From Haliotis rufescens (Eukaryota), in contig NW_025963890.1 of the NCBI RefSeq assembly GCF_023055435.1, forward strand, positions 19,282,001 through 19,345,840: DNA of 63,840 bases. The letters are read 5' to 3'. A program made the translations under genes and the position numbers. The notes beneath the pieces were generated by a model. That model worked only from the letters and a program-made list of their open reading frames with translations. It searched no databases and had not been told where the DNA came from. Numbering within the stretch: position 1 is the first letter of the stretch; each line of letters begins with the position of its first letter. Positions 36,401-48,953 of this stretch are shown here, in pieces.

Positions 36401-39400
36401 CATACGTATTGGTGATAGAAACGTTTAGAGTTTGTCATCAGATTTTGAAAATAACCCGGAAAATACTTAAGAATTAATATTTTTATTAAAAAAATTATCT
36501 CTGTATACGTGTATATACATGTTTTGTTTATATTGTCATATTTGCATATTAAATGAATTAATAGCTTTAACAAATATACAAGTACAGCTAGAACCCAATT
36601 TAATGTTTAAAACTAGAGTACATAATCCGGAGACAAACTCACCCAATGATGATAAAATTATTGCAAATGCTATTTTAAAGTCATATTTAATCAATGTTAT
36701 GCATATTTTACATTGCATATACTATTGGAAACACACGGAGTGCAGATGTGATTATTTGTCACACTGTAATTTGTTCAAATGCCCACAACACAAAAACCCT
36801 TTTCTTTTCTTTATGTAATATTATTCAAATGACCTAGTGTTTTGCTGACGATGGGCGTGGCGGGATCACAATCAGTAATTTCACATGAACCCAAGGGAAC
36901 ACCGTACCGTGTTACATTTTTATATCCCAATAGCGTTGACACTACTTCACATCACCTTGGATTATGTGGTGGTCTGTTGTCCACATAAAGGTAGTGGTTG
37001 TCTAGCTCATAATCTTAAGAATTAATATACTTCCTGTATATATATTTTGTATCACACTTTTTTATATGAAACGTGATCACCTACGACAGAGTATACTGGA
37101 ACGCTGGCATAACAAGCTTCTTTATCATTAAAACCGAACGTGACGATGTTGATGGTGAATGGTTCAGCGAGTTGATATTGTCATGTTGGGGCAAGTGTTA
37201 CAACACGGACGGAATATACGTTCTTTACATTCCCCCAGTTCCAGTTACCGCCGTTGTTTTAATAACTCCATCTTTTTCAGTAATCGCTCCTGAGTATGAG
37301 AGATGTCTTCTTCTAGTACTCTTAATCACCCACGCAGTAAAATTCCTATTCGTACTGGCGTTTTCTGTAGATTGGTGTTACCGTTATTGGTCGTCCCCGT
37401 TCTGTGACATTTGCTCTCACCAGCAGATATCTCTCTTCAAATAACGTACTAATGTTCAAAGGTCGAGAGTATATATCGATATCTACGGGCAATAATATGG
37501 TTAGCAAAAGAGAAAATCGATTGGCAAAATGTATTGTATGAATTTGAAAGTTTTGAAAAAAAAGAAGATTTTATGTAAACGTCTCTTATGAATCACATGC
37601 AGAATACACATGCCGTATCCTTAGAAACGTTTATTTTTGGAAAAGATACTAGGAAAACAATTTACCGAGATTTTTTACATTTTACATTTTGTACATTAAT
37701 GAATAACACCATGTACAGGATTTGACCCACACAATGACGGTTGTGTGATATATTGATATATGTATGTGTTATACGTATAGACGACATGTTTATACACAGG
37801 GACGTCGTGTCATACGTTGAGACATGTAACAATAAATCCGTTATACCAGTTATAAGTTACCGTGTAAGTGCCTTCTCCTTCGACACAGGTCTTCATTCGC
37901 AATTGTGAAGCATTTCATCGATGCGTTAAATAAACTAAATTATTCACTCATTGGCCGCTAATGAATTCGATTTAGACGAGACGAGTATTGACATAATTAT
38001 CAAATGTTCTTGTAGAACAACCCACAACACCAAGGGGCGTCAGGATTGAGGATAACTACAAGTTAGACCAAGTTCCACGAAAAGATGTCCTCATCTTTAG
38101 ACTTACTGGTGTGCAAAAAGAACAGGTATGGATGGATATATCTATGCATAATCAAGAGGCATAATACTTTTTAGCAATATGTATAGTGCGGAACAGCAGG
38201 AAAGGAGGAGCAAAAAAGGTTGCTTAGTTGTCCCAATGGCAGTGAGTAAGAGAATGTGATTAACACCGTGTGAGAAACAAGCGGGAAACGTAAAGTATCT
38301 TCGTCATTTTAAACTTTCCTACCACAATGAGTTGGCTTTAAACAAATCAAACCAATTATTCTTTCACTCACTCACTCAATGTTTGTAACACATTATTGTC
38401 AATTTACCTGACCCAAATGTTACATACACAATAACATCGTTCGTTTTTTAACCAACAGTTTGAATCCCGACTTACTCAGTTCCGAACTGAATTAACGAGG
38501 GTAGTCAATGAAAGATGTCAAGCGAACCCATCCTGCAAAGAAAGTGACAAACCTCTCAGGTGAGAAATCATTAAACCAGTTCCGTAACATTTTTGTTGGC
38601 ACTGCTTGTAGGAGTGAAGAAAGTAATAAGTGCCAAATGTATACCAACATGGTTTGGCTAATGTGCCCCAGGGGGGGATTCCATGTCAGAATTGATCAGG
38701 GGACTTAACGTATCAGTTGGTCAGGTTAGGTGACTTTATTGATTAGGTGTCATCGTACCACGACGGCGTGAGGCGTTTCTCATAATATCAATCACTGGTC
38801 AGTCTGGTCCAGACTCGCCTACTCGCAGGCCACCATCATACAGCTGGAATGCGTCGTTAAACAAAAACAAAGCAAACAAACATTATTTGCATCATCGACA
38901 CAATTGATGCAGTGTGCAGTCTATGCCATCCATTGCATGCCTAAATCTGTAGTGACGCAAAATTGCTATGAACAGGCTTGTGTTTCCATATGAGTCCCTT
39001 TATACCAAATTAAAAATCTATTTTGAATCTATGTCAATGAAATGAAGTTAAATACAATGTTTAAACATGAGACATATGCTTTATTCAAAGACTATATAAA
39101 AAAGTATAAAACAGATAATATATAGTGTCATTCTTCTGAATTATAATTATTTTAAGGATAATGTTTCTTATATTTTTTGACACACCATGATGGAATGATC
39201 TGATTCGGATTCCTAACAATGAAGCTATCTTTTGCATTATTATTCAGAAACAATTGATAAAGCTGAAGGTAACAAATAATATAGCTTCTGAATTGAAATA
39301 ATGTCAAATCATATTGGTACTCACGTGCTTACAATATGAATTGAATGTCGAACTGTCCTCAGAACAATGAAACCCGTGTTTTTGTAGTTTACGTCAAACA

Positions 39401-42400
39401 TTCATTAAAAGTATGTCATTAAAGACATGCCATGTTGAGGTGACAGAATGCTTATTACTGTTAGATAAGGAGATGTTCTTGTCCGTTCAGTTGGTGGATG
39501 TAATTGAATTCTATTTGGACGTTAGTTTGTTCAGCAATTTTTTCAACTTTCTTCCGCAGCATCGATTCATAACAAACATTCCATTAGCTTCAGCATGTTT
39601 ACAAAGGCAGTTCATGGCATTGTTTTTAGCATTCCCCTAAGGACACGACAAAACTTGCACTTTTAATTATGTCATAAATAATAACTGAAAGCATCACTTT
39701 TTGTCGAGTTTAATTTAACTTAGGCTTATAAGCTTGGACCTTATTGTCAGAAATGTTTAAAGTCAAAGAACATAACAAGAGTTAAAATGTCAGAAAAATG
39801 ACAAGAGCGAAAGGTGAATGCCATCTATTTACAGTGAAACCACATTACCTAAGAACTCGATATATCGCTCGAATAAGTTTAAAGTCAATGATATGGCAAG
39901 GACAAAGTCGTGTCAACATCATATTAGAATTGAAATTAAGTTAACATAACAGGAGTCGAATGTGTGTCATTACTATGATCAGAATACAGTGGAATGACAT
40001 ACATTTACAGTAAAACCTCATTACTTTGAACTTGATTAACTCAAAATATCGCTCAATATATTCGAATTGCAGAATCCACCGTTGTTTATTATATCCGCCT
40101 GACAAGAAGTCATTTAAGTTGCTCTACAGAATAGGGAGGTGCCATCGTTATCATTAACATACTAGTATATATCCTCATGGTTTCGAAGTAATCTTTCTCA
40201 CATTTGCTATTCTTGATTTACTATTGATATTTGGTTAAGTACATTTAATGAACATGTACCGGTAACTTCTCTTGTTGCATAAACATGTCATGGTTAGAAA
40301 ATCGTATCTCATAACTAATATTTTTCTTTCGCACTTTATCAAAAAATTGTAACCTGTTTTATTTTGTCTTTGAAATTCAATTTTGAATACCACCAGCCCA
40401 TTCGTTTCCATACACCGGGGAAAATGTTAAAGCATCACTTGCTTTATATTTCCACATAAAATAGCCAAAATTTTACTTACATCCGGTATCAAATTTTTGA
40501 CGGAAGATATTATGTTCCTAATTACAAAGTGCGTACTCATTTTGAAATATATAAAACAAAATTAGTTATCTTATGACTTCGTTTCAATGGTAATAGTAAC
40601 TAGTAATTGACATCCCTTTCAGTTGCTTCCTGAAACATACAGTGCTCTTGTACCAACTTTTCAACAGGCATCTATTGTAGTCTCTCTTACAGCTCCTGAT
40701 CATATATTTAATAAAACATTCACCCCCATTCCACATATACCCCCTTCTCTATCAGGCTACACTCATCCCATTCTCAGCTCTGAAATTAGGAGTCTTGAGT
40801 GTGCTTAATAATCGAGGGTCCCTATATATAATTATGTTTATTTAACCTTGCACTTTAATTCAGTGACTATATGTTAGTCTAATATCGGTGGTATGTTAGA
40901 CATCTGCCAAAATGAGTTCAGTGTCATATGAATGATGTTTTTACAATAGATATTGAAGTTGAATATATATGAACACAAAATAGGTGGTGCTTAACTCATT
41001 TCCATGTCTATATCAATCTTTACATTGTCTTTAATGAAACCATTCATATAGGCACAGTAAATGTTTCGGGGCTATTTTGGTCTTTTACCGCAAGTGATCA
41101 CAGCAACTAATGAGTTGTAGAATGTGAAAGGAGTTGTAAAATAACATCAGTAATGACCTTCCTTTGTTGAGGTGCATGTAAGTGACTGAAATATATATGC
41201 TATTTACATGTCTGTCTTTTGTTGATTAGTCTTACTCATGTTTGCAAATATCCATCAATAGATGTTAGTATCGTGCCAGGCACGAACAAAAAGGTATTGG
41301 CACTTCTTCTACCTCTTTTCAGTGGGATCGGTCAGGCTTTTTTTTATCCCATTTTGGGAAGAAACTCACACACAGACATTCTTTAGCCTCCCGGATTATA
41401 GTAAATACATCCGATGAATCGCCTTTCAAGGTTTCAAAACGTTTATTTTTGTTCATAAAATAAAAGTAAAATATCGGGGGGTTTTATAACAGATAACTGA
41501 ACTTTTATTTTTTACTAATAAAAAGTGTCCGGGAATTGTCAGTTTGTAGAAAATGATCTTCGCTTTGATAATATTGAATTATATTCCCTACTCAAATGAA
41601 CATTTCCAGTTAAAATTTTGAATCGAAATACGTGTAAAGGGAGTTGTTTCTAGTTCGGGTGAGTTTTTCCCCGACAGGCGCTTGGCTTGTATTTGTCCGG
41701 GGCTTTAAGCGGGACAGTCGAAGTATGTTCTCTATGTGGCTCCGGACATTCACAGGGGCGCAAGGTTGACAGTCTCTGCAACTTCTCACGGTAGTACGGA
41801 CTAGCCACGTTCCCCGTTTAACATTTACTCTCAAATCGGGAAGAATGTCAAAAAATACCTTCGAACATTTCCGCAAATACTAAACTACGCTACAAATCAA
41901 CCTGTTTGATATATCAAAAAAGTGTAAAGAAGTACTCTCATCATTTAAAGATTGATATTATCAAATACTGTCAACCGTCTAACATTAGGCGTAGACAAAT
42001 TTAGCAAAGCCTCTGGTTCGGATGACAAACATGCTCTGTTTGGTTATCTTCACGTGGTCAAATATGTCTGACGTGACGTCACAGAGATCGAGTGATGTCA
42101 TGGTCCCAGTTTGATGTGTGTGTTTCAGGACAGAGGACGTGGAAGTCACCTCACTGACAAACGAAGGTGACCAGTTGGTTGTGGAAGTGCTTGTACGAAC
42201 AGCTCTTGCTGGAGACTATGCCATGGACTCTCTGGACTATGAGGAACTAGAGAAACTCTTTCACTCTGACCTGCAGACTCTGGATCTTCAGGTAGGACAT
42301 CTGGTTTCCAGGATTATGTATTGGATTTGAAGGGAATTTCCGACCGTTTGCTCAGATCCCCACATTCTTTGCCTTCGAAGCGAAAATCCTTCAGAAAGCA

Positions 42401-45400
42401 AAGCATTTAGGCTATGGGTCAAACCTTGTTATTTAGCACCTAGTTCATGAGTTTCACGATCATTATGTCTACAAAGCTCCTTGCCTCAAATATATTTACT
42501 TGGTAGTTGAAATAGAGTGAAGAGATTGATGTGCTGTTTACTTATGACAATGCTTTTAATGTCTTAAGCTACCATATCCATAATGGTATTGAAACTGGCG
42601 CCGGACAGGTCATTGAAGCGTCTACATTTGATCATGGCGCTTAAACGTGCAAATGTTATGTTCAGAAAGGCGTAATATTTGTTTTGTCTAATTTGTAAGT
42701 CCTAATTCTATGAAACGAATAAAGACTCGTAGCAGAATGTAGATCGGTAATAATAAGCTTTTCCATAGAAATAGAGGCATTTTGCAACATTTTGCAGCAT
42801 GTTGTTGGGCCTACACATTAACTACCATGTTACTTATTAAGAGGCATGGCTTTCCGGTGACATAAGAACAGCTATGTCGTACTGTGCCGTGTTTTGCTCG
42901 AAGACCTAAGTACAAACTCTTTCCATCTTGATCCCTCTGTATAAATCATGTTCTTAAGGTAACTAATAAATTCATACGTGCATGACAATCATTAAACGAT
43001 TGCATCAGACAAAACCCCTACAGTCTCCAGATTAGGTTAGAGGGTTGTTCATGTTTGGGTGGTGTCTTCAGCACGTAACATAATTATTAAGTAAACTTCT
43101 GCATTTTCATGTGAAAGATGTGGACTATAAAGTATTTTCAATTTCCAAGACATACATATATATTATCTGTAATCTTATTTCTATTTTGTCTATAAACTGC
43201 GACACACATGTGCGTATTGAAATGTTCCAGCTTGACTTCGACATTACACCCGCCATATTTCTCCCATTGTTATTTTCAATCACCCTTGTTGATTCGGCGC
43301 TCTTTGACCCCAGTAAGTGGCAAGGTGACCTAAGATCCCAGACACGCTGTAATCAATAACTGTATTTCTCCCCGGTGGGAATAAACAACCGTTGTTGTCC
43401 TAAAGATTTGATTTTCAGTCCAATTTAATCTTTCTGCTTAAATAACATGTGCGACCTTGTGTTGTGGCACTCGTATGAATCATCCCTTTGATCACATCGT
43501 TCCCATTATGACGCAATCACACTAGTTCAACTTTTTTAGCCATAAAATCAAGAATGTTGTTCCCATTGGGTTGCATTTGATTAGAGGATGTGCTAACTTA
43601 ACGCTAAAACATTGTTGGAATGTGTTCGAAACAGATGCGTCATGTTTGATGTTGACACGGCAAAATTATGCTATGAATTTGCATGTACTGTGAATTGTTC
43701 ATATTTATACCCGAAGCAGATTTCATAACTAGTACCGATTAACTCATGCACAGTGACTAATAAGTGCTAAGAACGTTTCATAATGAAGTATGTGCTCTGT
43801 GGGTCAATTGTATATATTTTATGTCTTTAAGCGTCATCGGTTGCCCTCAAACACATCAATACATTCACATACGTATAAACTGCAACGTGTAAGGCAGTGT
43901 CATAGTCATCCCTTCTGATCAATGCGTTCCGTTAGCCTTTCCTATCCATTTTCCCCCGTTAAACCTTCGCATCATTGTGTTTCGTTAGCCCCTTACATCA
44001 ATTTGTTCCGTTAGCCCTTCTTATCAATGCGTTTCGTTTGCCCTTTTTATCAATGTGGTCCGTTAGCCTCTCCTACCCGTGTGTTCTGTTCTTACTCGTG
44101 CGTGTGTTAACGTTCGTTAGTCTTTCCTATCCATGTGCTACGCTGTTACGCCTTCAAATCAACGTGTTCTGTTAGCCCTTCCTATCAATGTTTTCCGTCA
44201 ACCCTTCCTATCAATGTTTTTCCGTTATCCCTTCCTATCAATGTTTTCCGTCAAACCTTCAATGTGCTCTGTCGTCTTCAGCATGGTCCTGGTGGTGCAG
44301 AAGGAGGGGAAGAGTCGAGGTTACCCGAGTGGCTAATCGGGGTCATCGTGGTGGTCATTCTGCTTATTGTGGTGTTCTTTGCAATGGTCATATACTCTCT
44401 GGTGAAAGAGAGAAAGAAGTAAGTATTTTTATAGATAAAGTCATGGGTACATCGCGTAGGTCATGTATATGTTTAATAAACCTTTTCTTAATTATCATAT
44501 TTATTTTGGTTGAATTCACGATATATTTGCACGTGCCATAATAGTAGCTTGTTAGAGAATAGATCATATTTACTGTATTGAATGGAAAGAGATGTTCTGC
44601 CATAGTATTAGGGGGTGTCTAAAACGTGACCACTGCAACATAACAGTTGTCAGTTGTTATTGATATTCACCAGTGTACATAGGGAACAACTCACATATTT
44701 AATAGTATGTGGTTTAACTCTAAATGTTTCATGACCTCCTAGCCTTAAAAGCGTTTTGTAGGTGCAAAGAGGTCTAGGCGCATGCCATTACAATCCGCCA
44801 CTACCCGACAACGGCTGTGTTTTGTGTATGTAAAAAGGCCCAGGCGCTTGTCGTTACAATCCGCCACTACCCGACAACGGCTGTGTTTTGTGTATGTAAA
44901 AAGGCCCAGGCGCTTGTCGTTACAATCCGCCACTACCCGACAACGGCTGTGTTTTGTGTATGTAAAAAGGCCCAGGCGCTTGTCGTTACAATCCGCCACT
45001 ACCCGACAACGGTTGTGTTTTGTGTATGTAAAAAGGCCCAGGCGCATGTCGTTACAATCAGCCACTACCCTATAAGGTTGTGTTTTGTACGTGCAAAGAG
45101 GTCCTTATCCCGTCCAGAATGGATCAGTGAAAATCAGTGATGACACCAGGTGTTCGGGAAAAGAGTAAGCATTTACTGCCCTACCGGTAGTACCCGCCAG
45201 ACACACAATTTATATAAAAATAAGTGTTTTTTCCCTGACGCCACACAGCAGTACATGCGAACAACAAACCAGACAATAAAGTTGTGGACCAGAAATCCAG
45301 TCAAACGATAGTGCATTTAATGATTTTGATGAAACTAAAAACGATATGATAATGTTGAATGAGTTCTACTGTGTATAGGGGCGGTCGGGTAGCCTAGTGG

Positions 45401-48400
45401 TCACGCCGAAGACCCGGGTTCGATTCCCGACACGGGTACAATGTGTGAAGCCCATTTCTGATATTCCCAGCCGTGATAATGCTGAAATATTGCTAAAAGC
45501 GGCGTCAAACCATACTCACTCACTCTACTGTGTACAAGTGCAGAGGTTGTGCTGCATATAAGTCAAGAAAAACAACAACATGTAAAACATATGTGAATAC
45601 AAAAGTACAAAATCATACATGCCCTGTGGAATTGTAAGACATTATATTGAATTTTGCAGCTGTATGGATCTTCGAGTAACCATGGGTATTTTTGGTATTG
45701 CTTACATGGCCCTTAATACAATCACAAAATCACCCCACTGATTTCTGCATAACAATAAAGACATATAAAGAGCAGTAAATAATAACGTAAAACTTGTCTT
45801 ATCGAAGTGCTACAACAACTCGCAATATGAAAAATATGAAAAACACAACCGCTTGATAGCATTCACACTACAACGCTACATATGACATGTTTTAGTGTAT
45901 ATGAAGAACGCACTTGTATGACAACTGACTATACAGATAGTAAAATAAATGAATCCCGTGATACAAGTATGTTATCAATAACCATAATGGTTATCAAATC
46001 CTTCGTTCATCAAAACTGTCCCGGGATAGAAATAGACACCATTCTTTTCTTATGATGTTATCAAAACCTGATTTGTCTCGTCAATACTCCAATTATTTAC
46101 AAGCCGCTGGAACATAGCTGCAATAGTGGTGAATGTGGAGTGAAACAAAACAATTACAACAAGCACTGTTACACACGATAATATGCATTGCAAGTATAAA
46201 GAACTTATATTAACCTTAAAACCAAATCCCACTTAAGTCAATGCTACCTGCTACGTGCGTCAACAAAACAATATAAACACAACGCGTTTATAAAAAGATA
46301 CATATTTTATCTGATCTTACACAGATAAAAATATCTAACACGATTCTTATATGATATAATCCTGCTAAATAGTAGCAATAACATCATCATAAGGAATGTA
46401 GTCAGTGCAACGTAACCTTCGCACGTTTCTCGGGAGTATTTGCTACTACCTCTAGTACAAGGTACAGAACTTCAGAGCGATGCATGTATCCTAAACGAGA
46501 ACGTTATAAAAAGAAGATTCCCTGCATTCTCATGCATAAAAAGTGTAGGAAATGGTTGACGTCGTATCTCTGTCGACCAGTGTCAACACTGCATCGTGGG
46601 CCGCTAAGCGGTGCCCGTACAAAGATTTAATATCGGGTTTGAGCGACTTGCAAGGCCGGAGTCAAGGATCCGTGAGAGAATGCAGCATATGATGGTCTTA
46701 AGGACGGGGCTTAGGTGATTCTGAGCAAACAGCTGGGATAAACACGACATATTTGACTATTTGGAGTCCATGCGAGACGCTATAGTTGTACAGCCGTCTT
46801 CTTTCCCTCAGATTCAATATTTGAAAACTTTGTGGCCATCGATAAATACCTTTTACTGCACTTATCACCTCCTTGCTATGCAAGACATGTTTTCTTAATT
46901 ACTTTCACGGTTTAGGTTGAAAATACTGGCTTAAAATGATACAATAAAATGTTTGACGTTTTTATTCAAGAAGACAGCGGGAGAAAACATATTTGCATTT
47001 GAAGACCTCCCTTTGTCAAGTTTTGAAGCAGGGCCTTTCGTTAAATGTCAAATTTAAACACTGCGAGGAATACTCTTCACGCGAAACATCAAATGTTCGT
47101 GCATTTGTCTTGGGAAATAACATGCAGGCAAGAATTAGGAGGTTATGTTTGGTAAAATGTGAACATCAAGGTCGGCTGGACCTACGTTTCAGTGGTAAAA
47201 TATGTTGAAAACAAATGTTTCATACTTGTTTGTTGAACTTTGCGTTTTTCGAACGTGTGTTTTTAAAACTCAAATACCACGCGGTTTATTTGGATAAAAC
47301 GATTGTATGAAAATTGAAACCTAGAGGCTTCAACGCGATACGTGCTGCAGTTTCAAACGTGTGAAAATGTGCACGTTGAAATTAATTGAAGCAATTAGCA
47401 GTGAGTTTGTCTTTTCCTTTGTCCAAATAATGCAACATTTACATTTGCAGTGATTTTGGACAGGTCTGTTATATGAGTATATATTCTCTATTTCACTTAA
47501 AACCGATGCCTTATTTTGCACATTTCACTTTGTATAAAGAAATATATTTTCTCTGCCTTTGTCACAATACAACAGCATTTATAGTTGCTGATCTGTGTTT
47601 TGTATTTAGTCTGTCAAATGAGTATATATTTTCACTTCCATTCGAATTTGATGCCTTATTTTTAATGAAAACACATGTGTACGCACTATATTTAGGATGA
47701 CAGTTAGACTTTTTCTCTACCTCTTTCCCAAAACAACAACATTTATATTGCTGTGTGACATATTTGTAGCTAGTTTATCAAGTGAGTATATGTTTTCTAT
47801 TTCACTCGAAATTGATGCCTGATTTGAATGAAAACACACATTTTCGTATTTCATTTATCTTCAGCAGTAATATATTTTCACTATCTTTGTCCCAATACAA
47901 CAAATTACGTATTTGCTGAGGTATTCGTATTTTGTCTTTTCTATGTATGCTATTGTTTTCGTTACCTCAAATACTTGTCCATTTCTACATGACGTCCCCG
48001 AGAACACTAATGCCATCGTAATTTGGTATCCTGACAATTAAAAATACATGTATCATTATCTGCGCCAATTATTTTTCACCAATATTTTTACTTTAACACC
48101 CATTTGAATCTGATTATTCTCTGGCGTTGACGTTTTATATTCATTATCTTTAAACAAATCGAGCTGGTTTTTTAGACTTACTGCAGTCTCTCTGGCTTTG
48201 CAAAATTAGTTATGACTTCGTTGTTATATACAATACTTAAAGGGGCGGTCGGGTAGCCTAGTGGTTAAATCGTTCGCTTGTGACGCCGAAGACCCGGGTT
48301 CGATTCCCGACGTGGGTACATTGTGTGAAGCCCATTTCTGGTGTCCCCCGCCGTGATATTGCTGGAATATTGCTAAAAGCGGCGTAAAACCATACTCACT

Positions 48401-48953
48401 CACTCACTCAATACTTAAATGTCTTTTCAGGCAACGAGCTGGAAGCTACGGTGGAAATACATCGTCTGCATCAATGTGTGACGAGGTGGAGGTAGGGAAA
48501 GATGACGGAAACATACGAATAACCTCGTTTATTGTCGACAATGAAAAAAACAACGGAAACGGTTGGGTAGATACTGAAGCCTCTACGCTTCAGAGACGTC
48601 CCCAAGCCGGCATCCACGGCTGTATGAACCCCGCTTACGTCGACGACGAGGAACAGGGAAAGACTAAATCTGCCGACAAGAAAAAGGATCACAAACCAAA
48701 GGAAAATGGTAAAGAAACCAGCGATTCAGACGTCAGAGAGAAGGCCGTTGACGTTGAACCACAAACCGATAATGAAGACAATGAGGTTGACATTAAAACT
48801 ACAACGCCATCGATCGAAATTAAAACGGAACAGGATCCAACACTGGGAGCTTCGACGTCGAAGACGGAAATCAAAACTGTTGAAACCCAGGAAGCTGAAG
48901 TAAAGGATGCTGACAATACGATATCTTTGGACGCGGACAACCAAACACGGTAA
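26102..48953 (+). CDS. Type I membrane protein, about 905 aa: signal peptide, S/T/E-rich stalk, 3 CUB domains, SEA-like domain, TM, acidic tail with NPAY. Exons 26102-26177, 33431-34297, 34429-34538, 35012-35276, 35503-35691, 36037-36213, 38016-38125, 38459-38559, 42129-42291, 44282-44418, 48431-48953
   Basis: All introns are GT-AG and phase-compatible (1,1,0,1,1,1,0,2,0,2). The spliced CDS is 2718 nt with no internal stop. CUB motifs CGG...GNVSSPGYP..Y..NEECTWYI, SGAITSVNYPKPYPINSECTWTI, LWINFYSD...KGF. TM LIGVIVVVILLIVVFFAMVIYSLV followed by KERKK. Exon 1 is the least certain, and extra phase 1-1 exons in the 7-kb first intron cannot be excluded. Confidence 0.85.
27120..28285. repeat. Degenerate 48-bp (partly 40-bp) tandem repeat array, interrupted at about 27351-27778
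   Basis: Unit approximately ATACATAATGTTCAATTCCATGTACATACACCACTATATAAAAGTATA. The 16-aa periodicity is visible in ORF 27940-28317. Confidence 0.85.
27351..27778. mobile_element. Non-autonomous DNA element with TATTACT..AGTAATA ends and a subterminal hairpin
   Basis: Interrupts the satellite. GTCATACTGATTTTACGAAA (27654) is inverted at TTTCGTAAATTCAGTATGAC (27738). Confidence 0.6.
28365..28530. ncRNA. Head-to-head inverted pair of Penelope-like pLTR fragments, each with a minimal hammerhead motif
   Basis: Arms 28421-28471 and 28478-28529 are reverse complements. Consensus TTGA(A/T)AA-C-GGTGT-TAGAACCT-ACACC-GAAACGT(C/T), then TAATAAA(GAAGTTG). Confidence 0.65.
29167..29326 (-). mobile_element. 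SINE family A copy
   Basis: Reverse complement of the family A consensus. TSD TTACTAAAG. Confidence 0.9.
29595..29912 (+). mobile_element. Degenerate SINE family B copy
   Basis: GGTTCGATCCCC..GTCATACC..GGCTCGGAGTCAGTATACTG..(GCACAC)n..GCGACGTTGAACC. Confidence 0.85.
31855..32520 (-). mobile_element. Highly decayed Penelope-like RT remnant with its downstream conserved motif
   Basis: YVKTLEFLTLHNTIPHDK resembles IKTFDFSTLYTTIPHDK; RLYRAISFYEDL....PVQKLFDQGY resembles RYARACS.Y.DF....L..KLL.QGY. The downstream GCAG..GCT.A.CTTT..CGA..ACCT.GT.TCATCACT motif recurs at about 24480 and 45120. Confidence 0.55.
33375..33423. repeat. (GAT)~16 trinucleotide microsatellite next to a splice acceptor
   Basis: Read directly; ends 7 nt before exon 2. 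Confidence 0.95.
33431..34297 (+). CDS. CUB-protein exon: mucin-like stalk and CUB1
   Basis: Part of ORF 33325-34365. TTTCAG acceptor, GTATGT donor. DCVYDV..SGEI..P...CKWRV. Confidence 0.9.
34429..36213 (+). CDS. CUB-protein exons encoding CUB2 and CUB3 (34429-34538, 35012-35276, 35503-35691, 36037-36213)
   Basis: Canonical CUB motifs with phase-matched splice sites. Confidence 0.9.
38016..42291 (+). CDS. CUB-protein exons encoding a SEA-like juxtamembrane domain (38016-38125, 38459-38559, 42129-42291)
   Basis: VLIFRLTG..FESRLTQFRTELTRVVNERC....C..DVEVTSL...QLVVEVLV...EELEKLF gives a beta-alpha-beta-beta-alpha pattern. Phases match. Confidence 0.75.
38668..38880 (+). mobile_element. Degenerate SINE family D copy
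   Basis: TGGTCAGG..TGACT..GTCATCGTA..CTGGTCCAGACTCG..CCATCATACAGCTGGAAT..CGTTAAACAAA; matches the reverse complement of 52645-52830. Confidence 0.6.
43905..44270. repeat. Degenerate ~26-bp tandem repeat (CCCTTCCTATCAATGTTTTCCGTTAG) ending at the TM-exon acceptor
   Basis: Roughly a dozen imperfect units, read directly. Confidence 0.8.
44282..44418 (+). CDS. CUB-protein transmembrane exon
   Basis: 24-aa hydrophobic run followed by a basic stop-transfer motif. TCTTCAG acceptor, GTAAGT donor. Confidence 0.88.
44753..45100. repeat. 66-bp minisatellite, about 5 copies
   Basis: TTACAATCCGCCACTACCCGACAACGGCTGTGTTTTGTGTATGTAAAAAGGCCCAGGCGCTTGTCG starts at 44788, 44854, 44920, 44986 and 45052. Confidence 0.95.
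45377..45523 (+). mobile_element. SINE family A copy (small internal deletion)
   Basis: TSD TCTACTGTGTA at 45365 and 45524. Confidence 0.9.
47470..47930. repeat. Old tandem repeat, ~150-165-bp unit, 3 copies
   Basis: TGAGTATAT.TT.....TT..A.T..AA...GATGCCT.ATTT recurs at about 47473, 47619 and 47783. Confidence 0.65.
48242..48408 (+). mobile_element. Young SINE family A copy just upstream of the last-exon acceptor
   Basis: Full length. TSD CAATACTTAAA at 48231 and 48409. Confidence 0.93.
48431..48953 (+). CDS. CUB-protein last coding exon (cytoplasmic tail, NPAY)
   Basis: TTTTCAG acceptor, phase 2, in frame with ORF 48474-48953. Confidence 0.85.

Noticed and set aside
37073-37444. 123-aa ORF inside a CUB-gene intron
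   Set aside because: Non-ATG start, no compatible splice sites and no domain. The minus strand has a stop-interrupted coiled-coil-like stretch that may be an old TE, but it cannot be assigned.
44745-45140. Repetitive ORFs on both strands; possible CRISPR-like array
   Set aside because: A pure 66-bp tandem repeat with no unique spacers, in a eukaryotic intron. The ORFs arise because the unit length is a multiple of 3 and has no stops.
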